DNA of 64,000 nucleotides from Felis catus (lineage: Eukaryota). The notes under the pieces were generated by a model. It saw nothing but the letters and a program-made list of their open reading frames with translations, did not search any database and was not told where the DNA came from. The DNA is taken from contig NC_058368.1 in assembly GCF_018350175.1 (NCBI RefSeq), positions 80,912,001 through 80,976,000 on the forward strand. Reading direction: 5' to 3'. This document shows, one piece after another, positions 24,836-36,356 of the stretch. A program made the translations under genes and the position numbers. The stretch's first letter is position 1. Every line of letters begins with the position of its first letter.

Positions 24836-25082
24836 TCAGCAAATTCAAGCTGTGGTTCCCTCTCCCAGCCCTTGGGCCTCAGAGGTCATGCAGGGTGCCT
24901 ACACAGAGCTCAAAATCCAGCTCTTCCTTACTGCAAGGATTAAATGAGGCAATGCCCACTATCACACTGCCCGGGATACTAAGTGCTCAGTAAACGCTAG
25001 CTGTTGTTCGCGGTGGACTCAATATTATTACGGGGTTTGAGAAAATGCAGTAAAGAGGCCTAGGCTCTGCTATGTAACAGTA

Positions 25083-25312
25083 ACATCAGCTAACGCTTAC
25101 CTAGTGTTTACTGTATGCAAGACACTCGTGGAAGCCCTTCACACCGACCAGCTCACCGATGTCCTGGTGGCCCTGTGAGGGAGGTACTCTGAGGCTTCTG
25201 GTACAGAACAGCGCACTGAGACGCAGAGAGACTGAGTAACTTGTTAAGATCGTGCAGCTAAAAAGAGGCAGATCTGGGATTCAAACCAAGGCAGCATGGA
25301 TCTAGCATCCAT
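25083..25312 (-). mobile_element. MIR
   Basis: Antisense MIR (agctaacgcttacctagtgtttactgtatgcaagacact...actgagacgcagagagactgagtaacttg...gggattcaaaccaaggcag). Confidence 0.8.
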
Positions 25313-25519
25313 AATACAGAAATTATTTATTACGTGCCTACTGTGTACGAGGTGTTCTAGGTTGTACATGTCACTGCTGGAAGTGCTGGAAATACACGGT
25401 TTCATCAGAATTTAAGGGAGAGAGATTCAGTCAAGCAAGCTGAGCTGTTCTGAAGATTTTGTTGGATTATAATCATTTATTTTCAGATTGAGTCTGGTCA
25501 GAGACTGAAATAATACAGG

Positions 25520-26395
25520 TTAGTCGTCCTCCAATGTTTTAGTCTAAGGATCCCTTTACACTCCTAAAATTTATTTAGGACCCCAAGGAGCTTTTGTTTC
25601 TGTGGGTTATATCATTAATATCCCTGGATATTAACCACATTAGACATGAAAACAAAAACATTTGAAATACTGATTTATTTAAAAATTATAATGATAAACT
25701 CATTTTATGGTAATATAATGAACTTTTTTTTTTCCTGAAAAATAACTGTTTCCTCAAACAAAAATCATTAGTGACAAGAGTGGCATTTTTTACATTTTTG
25801 CAAATTTCTTTGATGTCTGTCTTAAGAAAGACGCCTGGATTTTCATCCTCTTCTGCATCGGCCTGTTGCTGTGTGTTGTTGTGGCTGAAGAAGGTGAAGG
25901 CCACCAGGCCTCGTGCAGATGTGCAGCTGAGACGGGAGGAGGGTTTGGACAGCCTTGCAGATGGCGTGGGCACGCCTTTCTGGCACAGCACAGCCCTCGG
26001 CACGGGGCCGTGCCTTCTGGGTTGGTGGCCACACGGGATAGGAAGCTGGATGAGCAAACCTCTCCTGCTCTGTTAGGCTGAAATCATCACTCTTTGAATC
26101 AGATGCGATTGTGTAATATCACGTGCTGGTCATCTGGAGAACACGATTCCCTCAGTTACGTAGATCTTCCAAATGTGCCACATCAGAAGGTCACCTTCAT
26201 TAATATCCTTGCTCTGTCCTCAGAGACTTAAGTACCAAGATGTCAAGTCACCGAGGCTGAAACGAAGCTCACGAACTTTGAAGTTGACTTTGAAATCTCA
26301 CTTTATCCTTGGTGACAAAGACTAGCAATTGTTTTCCTTGAAGTAACAGAGTCTCCTCTTTGTGCGGTTTTCAGACAATGCTCGCCAAGCACCCA
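25520..26395 (-). mobile_element. Charlie1a-like hAT DNA transposon fragment
   Basis: Antisense Charlie1 terminus (ccctttacactcctaaaatttatttaggaccccaaggagcttttgtttctgtgggttatatc) continuing to attgttttccttgaagtaacaga. Confidence 0.75.
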
Positions 26396-26722
26396 GCCTG
26401 AAGAGTGCTGGTCTGGGAGGTAGAGGACACTGGTGTCCCACAGAGGAGTGGCTGGTGCGCTCCTAGCTCCGCAGCCACACCTGTCCCATCTCACCCTGTG
26501 GGGCATGGGCAGAAAGGCCTGGGGCCCAGGGCCATGCTTTCAGAAAAGGACTACTTTTTTCCACATCATCAGGGACCTTCCTGTGTGACACTAGCTTTCT
26601 CTCTGTCTCTTTATCTCTGAGCCCAGGGTGGTGAACAGTCCGGGGATGCCCAGTGGAGTCTGGTGGCAGGCCAAGGCACCAGAAGTTTGTCCACATCCGG
26701 TTAAGGGATGCTCCCCTCTTTC

Positions 26723-27161
26723 AGGTGTGGGCTGAATTCTGTCTCCCAGGATGATGTATCCAAGCCCTGACCTCCAGAACTGCAGGATGTGACCTTATTT
26801 GGGAACAAGGTCACTGCAGATGTCATCGGTTAAGTTGAGGTCATACAGGGGTCGGGTGGCCCTAATCCAGGGATGGTGTCCTTATAAAAGGGGAGGTGTG
26901 GACACAGCAGAGACCATGGGGAACGCCGAGGGGACTCTGGGTGTGTGCGGGACCCCCATCCCCAGCACTGTGAGAGGGAGCATGGCCCTGCCCACACCCC
27001 GATCCCAGGCCGCTCCCCAACCCCAGACCCGCACCCCGATCTCAGGCCCCGCCCTGATCCCGGGCCCCACCCACACCCCAATCCCAGACTGGGAGAGAAC
27101 AGGGTCTGCAGTGCAGCCGGCCTGGGGTGGAGCTCTGTTATGGCCCCAGGACACAGGCACC
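26723..27161 (+). mobile_element. MaLR solo LTR, MLT1B/C-like, GC-rich variant with internal ~19-bp VNTR
   Basis: gggctgaattctgtctccc, gatgtgaccttatttgggaacaaggtc, ggtgtccttataaaag; strong inverted similarity to 1274-1664. Confidence 0.8.
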
Positions 27162-29672
27162 CCCAGTCCGCAGAGAAACATTCTCCGCCACCAACATATT
27201 TAGTCATGTGGTAGGAAATGCCGCACGGTCCTGCAAACACAGCCAGCAAATCTAGACTTTCTTTTGCTTATGCATTTCATTTCTTTCACTTGCTGACATA
27301 AATGGTGCTGAACTCAGAATGCCTCTTGGCATAAAAGTGCTCACTGTCTTCACCAGTGACTCACGGCTTTTTCATCTTTGCTTCCTGTTTATTATTATTT
27401 CAGAGATTTTGCTTAAGCCTTTTTAAAAATATAGAGTTTATCTAGCTCTGTATGTTGCCCTAGAGAATAAACCTCCCTGATTCCGGAGGTGATTGTGGGC
27501 GGAAAACAAATTCTTTTACACTTTCAGGCTGTTTATGGTCCCTGTTACCGCCTTCGGTGCCTTCTGGTTCCTGACCACATGAGACTGTGTCTCTGTGTTC
27601 GTCCAGAAACAGAGAGGGCTGGGCTGCAGAGGAGGGCCAGGGGCCTGTGCTCCCGACGCCCTCCACGAGGGGAGGGCGCTGGGCCCCTGGCAGGGGCTCT
27701 GAAAGCGGCACGCGTCCTGAACCCAGAGACAGAATCACGCCATACTGAGTCCGCAGCTTTCCTGCGAAGCTTTCTAATGAAGTCCAAGTGCAAACCAAGG
27801 GAGCCAGAAGACCGAGCGTGGCCTTGCGTTGTCCAGGCTTTTCGAATTTTTCTTCCTGATTTCTGGCTGCGTGATATCTTGGAGGGTGTCTTAAGAGGAC
27901 ACGTCCTGAAGGCTCCTGGCGTGCCTGCTGGTGTCCACGTGAAGTTTGTGGTTTCAGTGCTTTTTTCCTCGTGGGCTGGTGTGGCAGTGTTGGTGGGCAT
28001 TTCGTGTGAAGCATTTTGGAAGGATTATTAAGTGATTTGACATTATCCCTTCCGGAGCTGCCAGGGGAGACCCTTTGCAGAGGCGCCGGGGTGGGTCATC
28101 TAAAGGCCAGTGGCACATATGGGACGATGAAAAGGGAGTGTGTGCAGAATTCGGCCGAAGGGACGGTGAGGCAGGCAGGGAGGGGTGAACGGCCAGTTAG
28201 CAGAAGGTTCAGCTCCAGGTAACGGGCTCGTCTGCTCCCCCTCCCACCCCTCCCCACGCCAACACAGGCCTGTGGCTCAGGCGGGCTCAGTGACCGTCAC
28301 GGGGAAAATGCCACGCACACGTTCGTCCTTCGCCTGTGCTCGTGCTGTGGTCCAGCGGCTAAACTTCCCACACGTTTCGCCTCCCTTTCCACCACAGTGT
28401 AGAATTTAGAACGCGTGACCTCCGCCCTCCTCCGTTTGTGTGTGGCGCAGTGTGGCTTCACAGAAAGAAGTGCGCTTGCCGGGGACCCACGGGCGCAGAC
28501 CTGTGCACGGTGCCTTGGGAGGTCCTGGGTTTCTTTTCTTGCTGGGAAACATTTGGTGATGATAAAATTAAAAAAAAAAAAGAATAAAGTATATGCTAAC
28601 TAATTTGGATGTAAATTAAAAACAAAGAAAAAGAAAACAGTCCCCAAGTGGCCGTGGCGCTCACCCTGCGGGCGGGGCCGGCGCTGAGGGTGGCGGGGAG
28701 ACCCTGCACCTCAGGACCACCGCGTCACCTGCCTCTGATCGCAGAAGAGCTGCGGTCGGAGGAGCTGGGACCTGTCTGGCTCTGACGTTTTGTAGCCACC
28801 ATCCAGGACGCTCTTGGTCATCTCCGCGTCCCCATTCTTAACGCAGGGTGATGCCGTGCCTCACTTCCTGCGCAGGGTGTCACAGGGACCACAGAGGAGT
28901 GAATACGAGGAGTTATGTGTTGTCCTGGGTGCGGCCGGGGAGGGGCATCCTGGCTGTGTACCTGAAGCAAGTGCGCATTGACCCAGTCCACACGCACCTC
29001 CTGTTCCGTGGGTAACCACGTCTCTCTGCTTGCGTCCCTCTTGATGGTGCCTGGAGGCCACCGCTCTACTCACGTTCCCTATGGCTATGGCATTTCAATA
29101 AATGGTTCCAGAGCCACCAGTCATTTCTGCCCAGACTCGCGTGTGTCCCCGAGCGGTGTGGAAAGCCTTTTCTGGTTGGAGAGTCAGGAGAGCTTTATTG
29201 TGCTGAGAACTCTTCGTCTGTGCATTGCTTAAAAAGTTCACCAGCTCAGTGGGTGTTGACCTCCCTGGGCTCCTCACCAGCACGTGTTCTCCCCCGCCTG
29301 CTCTCCTGCCCCGCGCCCCCCTGCCCGGCCCTCCCTTACTGCTCTGAAGTCTTCGGACTGGCCTTGATCTGGAGCCTCGGCTCCGCGATGGCGCCCTGCC
29401 CCAGGGAAGCTCACCGCACGCACGCATCCATGAAAGAAATGCCATTGACCCAGAAGTTCACTCGGAGAGCTGTAAAATTTGACTCCAAAGAGCCTTGAGA
29501 AGGCTTGCAGAAGTCTGTTTTTTATAGCAGAGTGCTGCAAAACCAGGCACAATTCCCATTCACGTGCCAAGACGGAGCGAACGTGGGGCACAAACAGTGG
29601 TGTTACAAGTGTCTTTCTTAAAAAGTTCAGTGTTCAAACATGTTTGTTAATGTTACAGAAAAACAGCTTTCA

Positions 29673-29880
29673 CTAAAAAACATTTTTTTAAGTTTACTTC
29701 TTCGTTTTGAGAGAGAACACAAGTGGGGAAGGGGCAGAGAGAGAGGGAGAGAACCCCAAGCAGGCTCTGAGCCGTCAGCGCAGAGCCTGACGTGGGGCCC
29801 GATTCCACGAACTGTGAGATCACGACCTGAGCCAAGATCAGGAGTTGGATGCTTAACCACCTGAGCCTCCCAGGCGCCCC
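29673..29880 (-). mobile_element. CanSINE
   Basis: Antisense SINE; TSD AAACAGCtTTCA / AAACAGCgTTCA. Confidence 0.93.
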
Positions 29881-30599
29881 TGAAACAGCGTTCATTTTCA
29901 ATACTCCCATTTTCATGGCGGTGTGCTGCCACGCTGAGACCCACTGTGTGCTGCCTGCCACACCCACACGTGGGAACCCACGCCATCAGGGGCTCATGAG
30001 TGTGGGACAGCACCTGCCACACAGGACAGGGCCGGCTCGTCAGCCCTTTGCCTGGAACTGGAAGCAGAAAGGGGCTTTCGCAGCATGGCACTTCGTTCTA
30101 ATGACCTGGGCCAGTGGCCTCTTTCTACTGACCTCATTGGCATACCCACCCGGCAGGGCACAGCCAGATGGGTGGGGATAGCAGGTGCCACTGTGAGCCC
30201 CGCCTTCCCCCTTGGCCTCTCAGGCTGCACCTACTCACCCTTTCCCTGCCAGTCCAGCCCCGGAGGCAGCTCCAGCGTGCGTAGATGTAAAGTCCTTAAA
30301 TTCAGTGTCCGGACATCCTTAGGTAGTTGATGCTTTAGGAAAGGCCTTGGAATTCCAGAAATTCTATGCAATGTTGGTGTGTCACATATATTTTCTGGGG
30401 AGCATATCCAAAATTATCATCAGATTCTAAATATTCAGAATATGCTCTTGTGGCACAAGTTCTGCCTGGAACGATCATAAAGCAGATTCATGTGGGAGGT
30501 GTGCTGTTAATCCCTGTGGCTCTGCACCTGGCACCCCAAGGGGTGGGGGTCAGAGTTTTCTGGGTCTAGGAGGGGAAGGAGGTGGTGTTAGACAGGGCC

Positions 30600-30976
30600 T
30601 GTGATGGGTAATTTTAGGTGTCAACTTGGCCAGGCCATGATTCCTAGATATTTAGTCAAACATGAGGGTCAATGTTGGTGAGGAAATGTTAGATGGATGT
30701 GATTAACATTTAAATCAGTAGACTTTGAACAAAGCACATTGCCTTCCCTGATGGGAGTGGGCCTTCTCCAATCAGAGGAAAAGGACCAAGGTCCCCCAAA
30801 GAAAAGGCACTTCTGTCCTGTAGACAGCCTTCGGAGTGGCACTCTCTGGGTCCCCAGCCTCCTGGCTTGCCCTGCAGACGTTACGCGTGCCATCCCCTGT
30901 GATGTCCTGAGACAGTTCCTTAACCTAAATCCACTTTTCAATCTCTCTCTGTTTCCTTCTCTTTCTCTTTCTCTCT

Positions 30977-31027
<51 letters not shown>

Positions 31028-31070
31028 TTATTGGCTCTGTTTCTCTGTTTCTCTGGAGAACCCTAATGCA
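30600..31070 (+). mobile_element. MLT2 (ERVL) solo LTR
   Basis: Starts tgtgatgggtaattttaggtgtcaacttgg; has attaacatttaaatcagtagactttga; ends tctgtttctctggagaaccctaatgca. Confidence 0.88.
30978..31024. repeat. (CA)n microsatellite within MLT2
   Basis: About 23 uninterrupted CA units, read directly. Confidence 0.95.
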
Positions 31071-33125
31071 CAGCCCTACTTTTTCTATAAATGTTTATCA
31101 GTACTTACTATTTGCTGAGTATTTCAGATGTGCTGTTTAATTCTCAGGATAACTCTATGAGATGCTGATGGCCCTCTTCTGGGGGTCAGGAGGACATTGG
31201 GGTCAGTCTGACACTCTGCCTTCATTCCTTGTGATTCCTAGCGGAGTAGGAAGTCCCTCACGGGCTGTATTTCCTGGGCAGCACTGGTTACCCTCATTAG
31301 GGTAGAATGCGTTTTGTCTAAAGCCTTACGACTGTCAGAGTGTGCTCAGCGGCTCTTTGGCATCAGGACGAATTTCCCTCTTAGGCTTTTCCTGGCTTCG
31401 TCCTGAGCCTTCTTGTCTACGTTGACACTTCCCAAACTGAAGGTCAGTGAGCTTGGAGGGACTGGTGGGGAGCCTTTGAGAGGCTGGTTTCCTCTGCAGC
31501 TCGGCCTCTGCTCCACGACCACCAGGCGGCCTGCTTTCCAGGGCGCCGACCCAGGGGCTCCTCTGGACCCCGTTCCCGGCTAGCTCGGCCTCAGGAGAGG
31601 CACGGATTGACTTGGCGTAAGTTCAGCTGTGCAATCACTCCCGTGTGCAATCATGCTGCGTTCTCTCTCCCGGCCAAAGTGCTTGGCAGAGCCCGGACCC
31701 CGTGGGGAGGTGAGGGTGCCTCTCACCCACTCTCAACACCACTCACCCACGTTGACCGTACACTCGAGTGCGACACTCCTCTCATCCTCCAATCATACCC
31801 TGGACGAGGACGAAAGATTGCAACTGCCACAGAGGCAGCGCTGGAACGGGGGCTCCTCCAGGCTGCCCCCGCCCCACTGCTGCGTCCTGGCCGCTGCCCA
31901 GAGCAGGCCTCTCTTCTCGAGTCTTCTTGGGTCATCACCATCAGGAACACCGGGGTGGCATGAGTGGGGTTATTCTGAACCCTGGATTTGGCATTCTCCG
32001 GTGGCACCGGGGGACCGCACATCTGAGCCTGCCGGAGGAAGGGCAAATGTGGGAGTGCCAGCCCAAGGTGTGGGCTTCCGGGAGTGAGCGGGGTCACGCC
32101 CGAGTTGTTAGTAGATGCCAAAATCCACAGAAAATGGAGCGAGGCTGTGCGGACAGGAGGGGGTGCGGGCTGTAGCAGGCGCTGTCACTGAGAGACTAAG
32201 CGCGGCCCACGGCGGGACCGTGCTCCCTGGGGGCCACGGGTCCCCGGATCCGCCGTCTTACTTGACGTCAGTGGCCACCGTGTGACACTCCTTAGGCTGC
32301 CCTGTTTCTTTGGCCGCCATGGAAAGTTTGGCCTGGGAGGGAGACACTTGCCGTCTGCAGTCCTTGTGTGAAGCCCTCTCTCTGACTGCTGAACGAAACT
32401 TCCCTGGACGAGCGCGTCTGTCCACAAAACGGACTCGGGTGCTCCTGTCCTCATGCTTTGTTAGCAGTCTGAGCTGCCAACTGCCCGCCCTGCTCCCGCT
32501 GCCTCTCCCAGGGCCGAGGTCCCCTTCCTCCTTTCAAACTGTTCCTCCAGACCCAAGCCGTGTCTGTTCCCTCCCGCATCTGCTCTTGCCATGTCAGCCA
32601 GGAGCACCCCGTCACCTGACACCTCTCCATGGTTTCCCGATGTTGTGCACCATCCCCTGCATGGCTTACCCCAGGCCACCTCCTGGTCTGCCCACCCTGG
32701 GAGGTGTTTCTTCAAAGTGCCCGGCACAGGTGGGGGGCGGGCCTCAGGAGGGAAAACGCCGTAGCGTGGTGACAGAGGGATACGGACAGGAGTCACCAGC
32801 CACTGGGAATGCATGGGGGCCGTGGGGGCCGCTGGGGTCCAGACCTCTTCCCCTTGGGTCAGCAGTGCTCCTGTCATGTTCTGTGTGTGGCTCCCGGCAC
32901 TCAGCTGACAAATAAAAAGTGGTTGTATATCTCATGAGAAAGGAATCGACCGGAAACCATAAACTGGCCACTAATTGCATATGAGTCATTGCCCTTAGAA
33001 GTAAAACTCTCATTTTAGGAAACAGGGAGTGTGGTGTGCTCTCAGGATTCGAAGCAAAGAGAAGTGGTGTCTCAGCAGTGGCGTGGCAGGCCTGGGGGCA
33101 GCCCACATCATTTATTGAGCGCCCT

Positions 33126-33151
33126 CCCCCCCCCCCCCCCCCCCCCCCCCC
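33126..33151. repeat. Poly-C tract (C26)
   Basis: Read directly. Confidence 0.95.
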
Positions 33152-33348
33152 GCCCAGTGGTCAGGATACCAAGCTGAGTAAATCTCAAGCTCAGGGCGGG
33201 GATTGCACACAGATGGCGTCTAGAGGCCAACCGAGCCCTTCGGCGATGGGCTCCAGAGTAGAATGTTTCCAGACTGTCTCCTGCAGCTCTGCTTGTCCTT
33301 TCTTCCGTCCACCAGATTTCTCCTGGACTATTTCCTCTATCAACGTCT

Positions 33349-33660
33349 GGATTAGTCAGGGTTCTTCTGTTGCAAGCCACAAAAACCAAATCTGCCTAAT
33401 TTAAGCAGAAAAGGATTGTTATCTTGGACTGAAAGGGAAGAGTCAAGAGCCAGGTTCTGGTGGAGACAAAGCGCGAGCAGGTGTGGGAGTGTGGCTGGGA
33501 GGAAACGCGGACGCTTCCACAACGTGCGGCTGGAGAGTAGGCTCCCGCCTTCCTGTTGCTGCTTATTGGTGTCATGCCACATCTGCTCAGAGCCCAGAGT
33601 CGTGGCAGTGAGAATCTGAGTGACCTGGCCTTGATGAGTGTGCACCGTGGGCACCCCTGG
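33349..33660 (-). mobile_element. Ancient MLT1 (K/L-like) LTR fragment
   Basis: ggattagtcagggttcttctgttgcaagccacaaaaaccaaatctgcctaatttaagcagaaaagga, typical of the antisense 3' end of old MLT1. Confidence 0.5.
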
Positions 33661-33819
33661 GGAGAAGCGTCACCTGGATTCTCATCGACTTGGTGCCTTT
33701 CTGAGCCAATGCCAGAGGGGAGGATCTGGAGAAAACCTAAGGTCTCAGTCTTCAGTTGCTAGGTGCAGGGAGACTGGGGATGGGGGAGAGGAGCAAGTTT
33801 AGTGGAGAGGGAGGCAAGG

Positions 33820-34050
33820 TAGCAAGTTGGTCTATGATCTATGAGTTGGGCGAAGCATCCAGGTGGGGAAAGCTGGTTAGCAGTTCGCCCGGAGATCACG
33901 AGAAGGTTCCAGGCTAGAGGGGGCCATTGGACTTCATGTTAGAGGGTGACTGACACCAAGGAGTGGACTGGATTATACAGGGAAGGGAAGCAGGGTGAGG
34001 ACCCAACACTGGAGGAGCTCTGCTGTTGTAGGACTGTCAAGGTTGGAGAG
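33820..34050 (-). mobile_element. L2 fragment
   Basis: gagttgggcgaagcatccaggtgggg...gagaaggttccaggctagagg...gagtggactggattatacaggga. Confidence 0.45.
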
Positions 34051-36304
34051 AGTCACCACAAGGAACCGGGGGTCTGGTGGCCAGTGCTGCCCAGCAGGCA
34101 AGCACACGGTCTTGGGTTCCCACGATATTGCCGTATCTTCTCCCACCTTGTCCGGTCACGGGCACCATATTGAAAGTGGCTGCACACGTTTCTCAGGCCT
34201 TTGGCTCTGATCAGTTGAGGGCACGTTTAGTGGCCGATTTCTTTGATGGAAGCTCTTGGAAATTTCTAGTTTTTATGAAAATTAAATAACATTAATTTTG
34301 GAGAAAAACACAGTTCTCTCCCCCCGCCACCCCACCCCCCTGTAATGCTTCAGAGGGCCAGGGTTTTAGCAGAACCGTTCAGTCTTTAGAACACGATGTG
34401 GAAGCCGCCCCTCCTCACCCATGCCACCTTGTGCTTTGACAGAACCCATGCATCACATTGTTTAGCAAGCCACCTCCTCCAAAGACATTGTACAGTCTAT
34501 TTCCACAGAGCGAAAGGCTGATAGGGAGACAGATCACGACATATTCAAGGTTATTTTTGCCAGGGCTCCGGATTCCACAGCAGTGGAAGTACATATATCG
34601 TCACTGATGTGGCTTCCCATCTCTGCAGAAATGCGTACCCGACGTGGTAAATCGTCTTTACTGGTTTCACCCCTTCCTCTCTCTACGCTTCGTACAAAGA
34701 CAGCGATCGTGGCCGCGGCCCCCGTCGGAGGCCCTGGGCCCCCTGGCTGGTCGTGCAGCTGGGACTCCTGGACTCTGCCCTCGTTCCTGGGGCTGGGGCT
34801 TCGGCTCGTGGTGAGCGAGCACGAGAGCCCCGCGGTATGTTCAGCCATGTTGGCATTGTCGTTTGAGATTTCTTTTAATTAAAAGTCTGCCTCGGAGTAT
34901 GTCAAGTACTTCTGTGTTTTTGCCATTCTTCTTATCTCTATGGCAACAAAAACATTTCAACATTTACATGGACATCATATTCTTAGCTAATGTACTATCT
35001 GAACCGTGTGTGCCGAGGAGGGCCCGGCAGAGGCTGCTTCTGCTGGCTGGGATGCTGGAGTTGCCAAGACAACCAGGAGGCCCAAAGATGTCCTCACGGG
35101 GAGCAATAAATGGAAGCTTTAAATTAATTCACCCTCGTGTGTTTTTGTAGCTTAAGTTGTTAATTGAAATAATAGGAATGACCTTCCATGTAGATTCAAA
35201 GCACCTGTCCTATTAAAATCATCTGTGCTATTTACTTAAGTACACTCGTCTATCAGGTAAATCTAGCGTGAAAAGGGGTAAATGGAAGACACATCGCGCT
35301 GCTAGGTACTGAGTTGCGGTAATGGGGGAGGCAGCTTCCCTCGTGTCAGGCCTGAAATACGGGAAATAAAAATTTGTGTTTTGGAACTTCATTTGCTTCT
35401 GCTCTCTTCTTGCTGGCTCCAAATCTGGGGACCTCTGCAGCCTGTCAAACGCTGGTGCTCAGCTAAGGAGGGCAGCCTTCGCTGTCCTGCCGGTGCGGTC
35501 AGGCCGGCGGACACACTAATGTGGCGCCCAGTGCCCTGTGCCGCTCCGGACCGCTGTCCCCTGCTCTCGTAAGCGTCCAGGCCGAAGTGTTCCCCCAGCC
35601 CGGCTCCTGATGCTGTAGACAGTCCAGCAGTACCCCCTGCCCTGCCAATTCACCTGCTTCTCAGGATGCTGCTGTACGGGCACATCATAGCTTGGGATCC
35701 TAACTGATTTTTTCCTGCAAAGTGAAAGTCACGGGGGTGCCTGCAGGAAAGTGGAGAAGAGAGTCTTCTCACCCATGGAAATGTGTTCTTGGTGACACTT
35801 TGCCTCTGAAGAATATTCTCTTGGGGCCATGGGTCAGATTTAGAGGTTACATCCGTAAACTTGAGAGCTCAGAGGGAGGGATAGAAGCGTACATTTACAT
35901 GATCCGATGTAAATATGGGGTTAATTGCAGGTGCCAACCCAAAGTGAGCCGACAAACCCTCAGGCAAGGTCTGCTGCCTTCCCCGAAATTCCCTCCTTAT
36001 TCACTTCTAGACCTCCTTATTGCCTGGTAATGTCTTGCCCAAGTGATGGATTGCCAGAATGGGAAGCCAGTCATCAGGCTTTGAGGTGATGGAGCCCCGG
36101 GCAGGCTCACACCTGCAGGACAGAGGCAGGAGCCCTAGGGCCAGGCCTGGGGGGCGGGTGGGGGCACCAGCCAGTGTGTGTGTGCAGAAGCCTCAGGCTT
36201 TGAGGGAAGAAGGAAGGGAAGAAGAGAGGGAAGACATTACCAAGGGGAGAACTCAAACCTTTCTACTTCCTGCCTTTGTATGGGGCCAAGCTGCACGTAT
36301 GGGT

Positions 36305-36356
36305 GGACTTACTTAGTCCCTTGTAAGAAGGGATTTACTTAGTCCCTTGTAAGAAG
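36305..36356. repeat. 26-bp tandem duplication (2 copies, 1 mismatch)
   Basis: GGACTTACTTAGTCCCTTGTAAGAAG / GGATTTACTTAGTCCCTTGTAAGAAG. Confidence 0.95.

Noticed and set aside
27489..28031. 180-aa ORF with a good acceptor (ttcttttacactttcag at 27527)
   Set aside because: No recognisable homology in any frame, overlapping ORFs on both strands typical of GC-rich DNA, and no partner exon identified.
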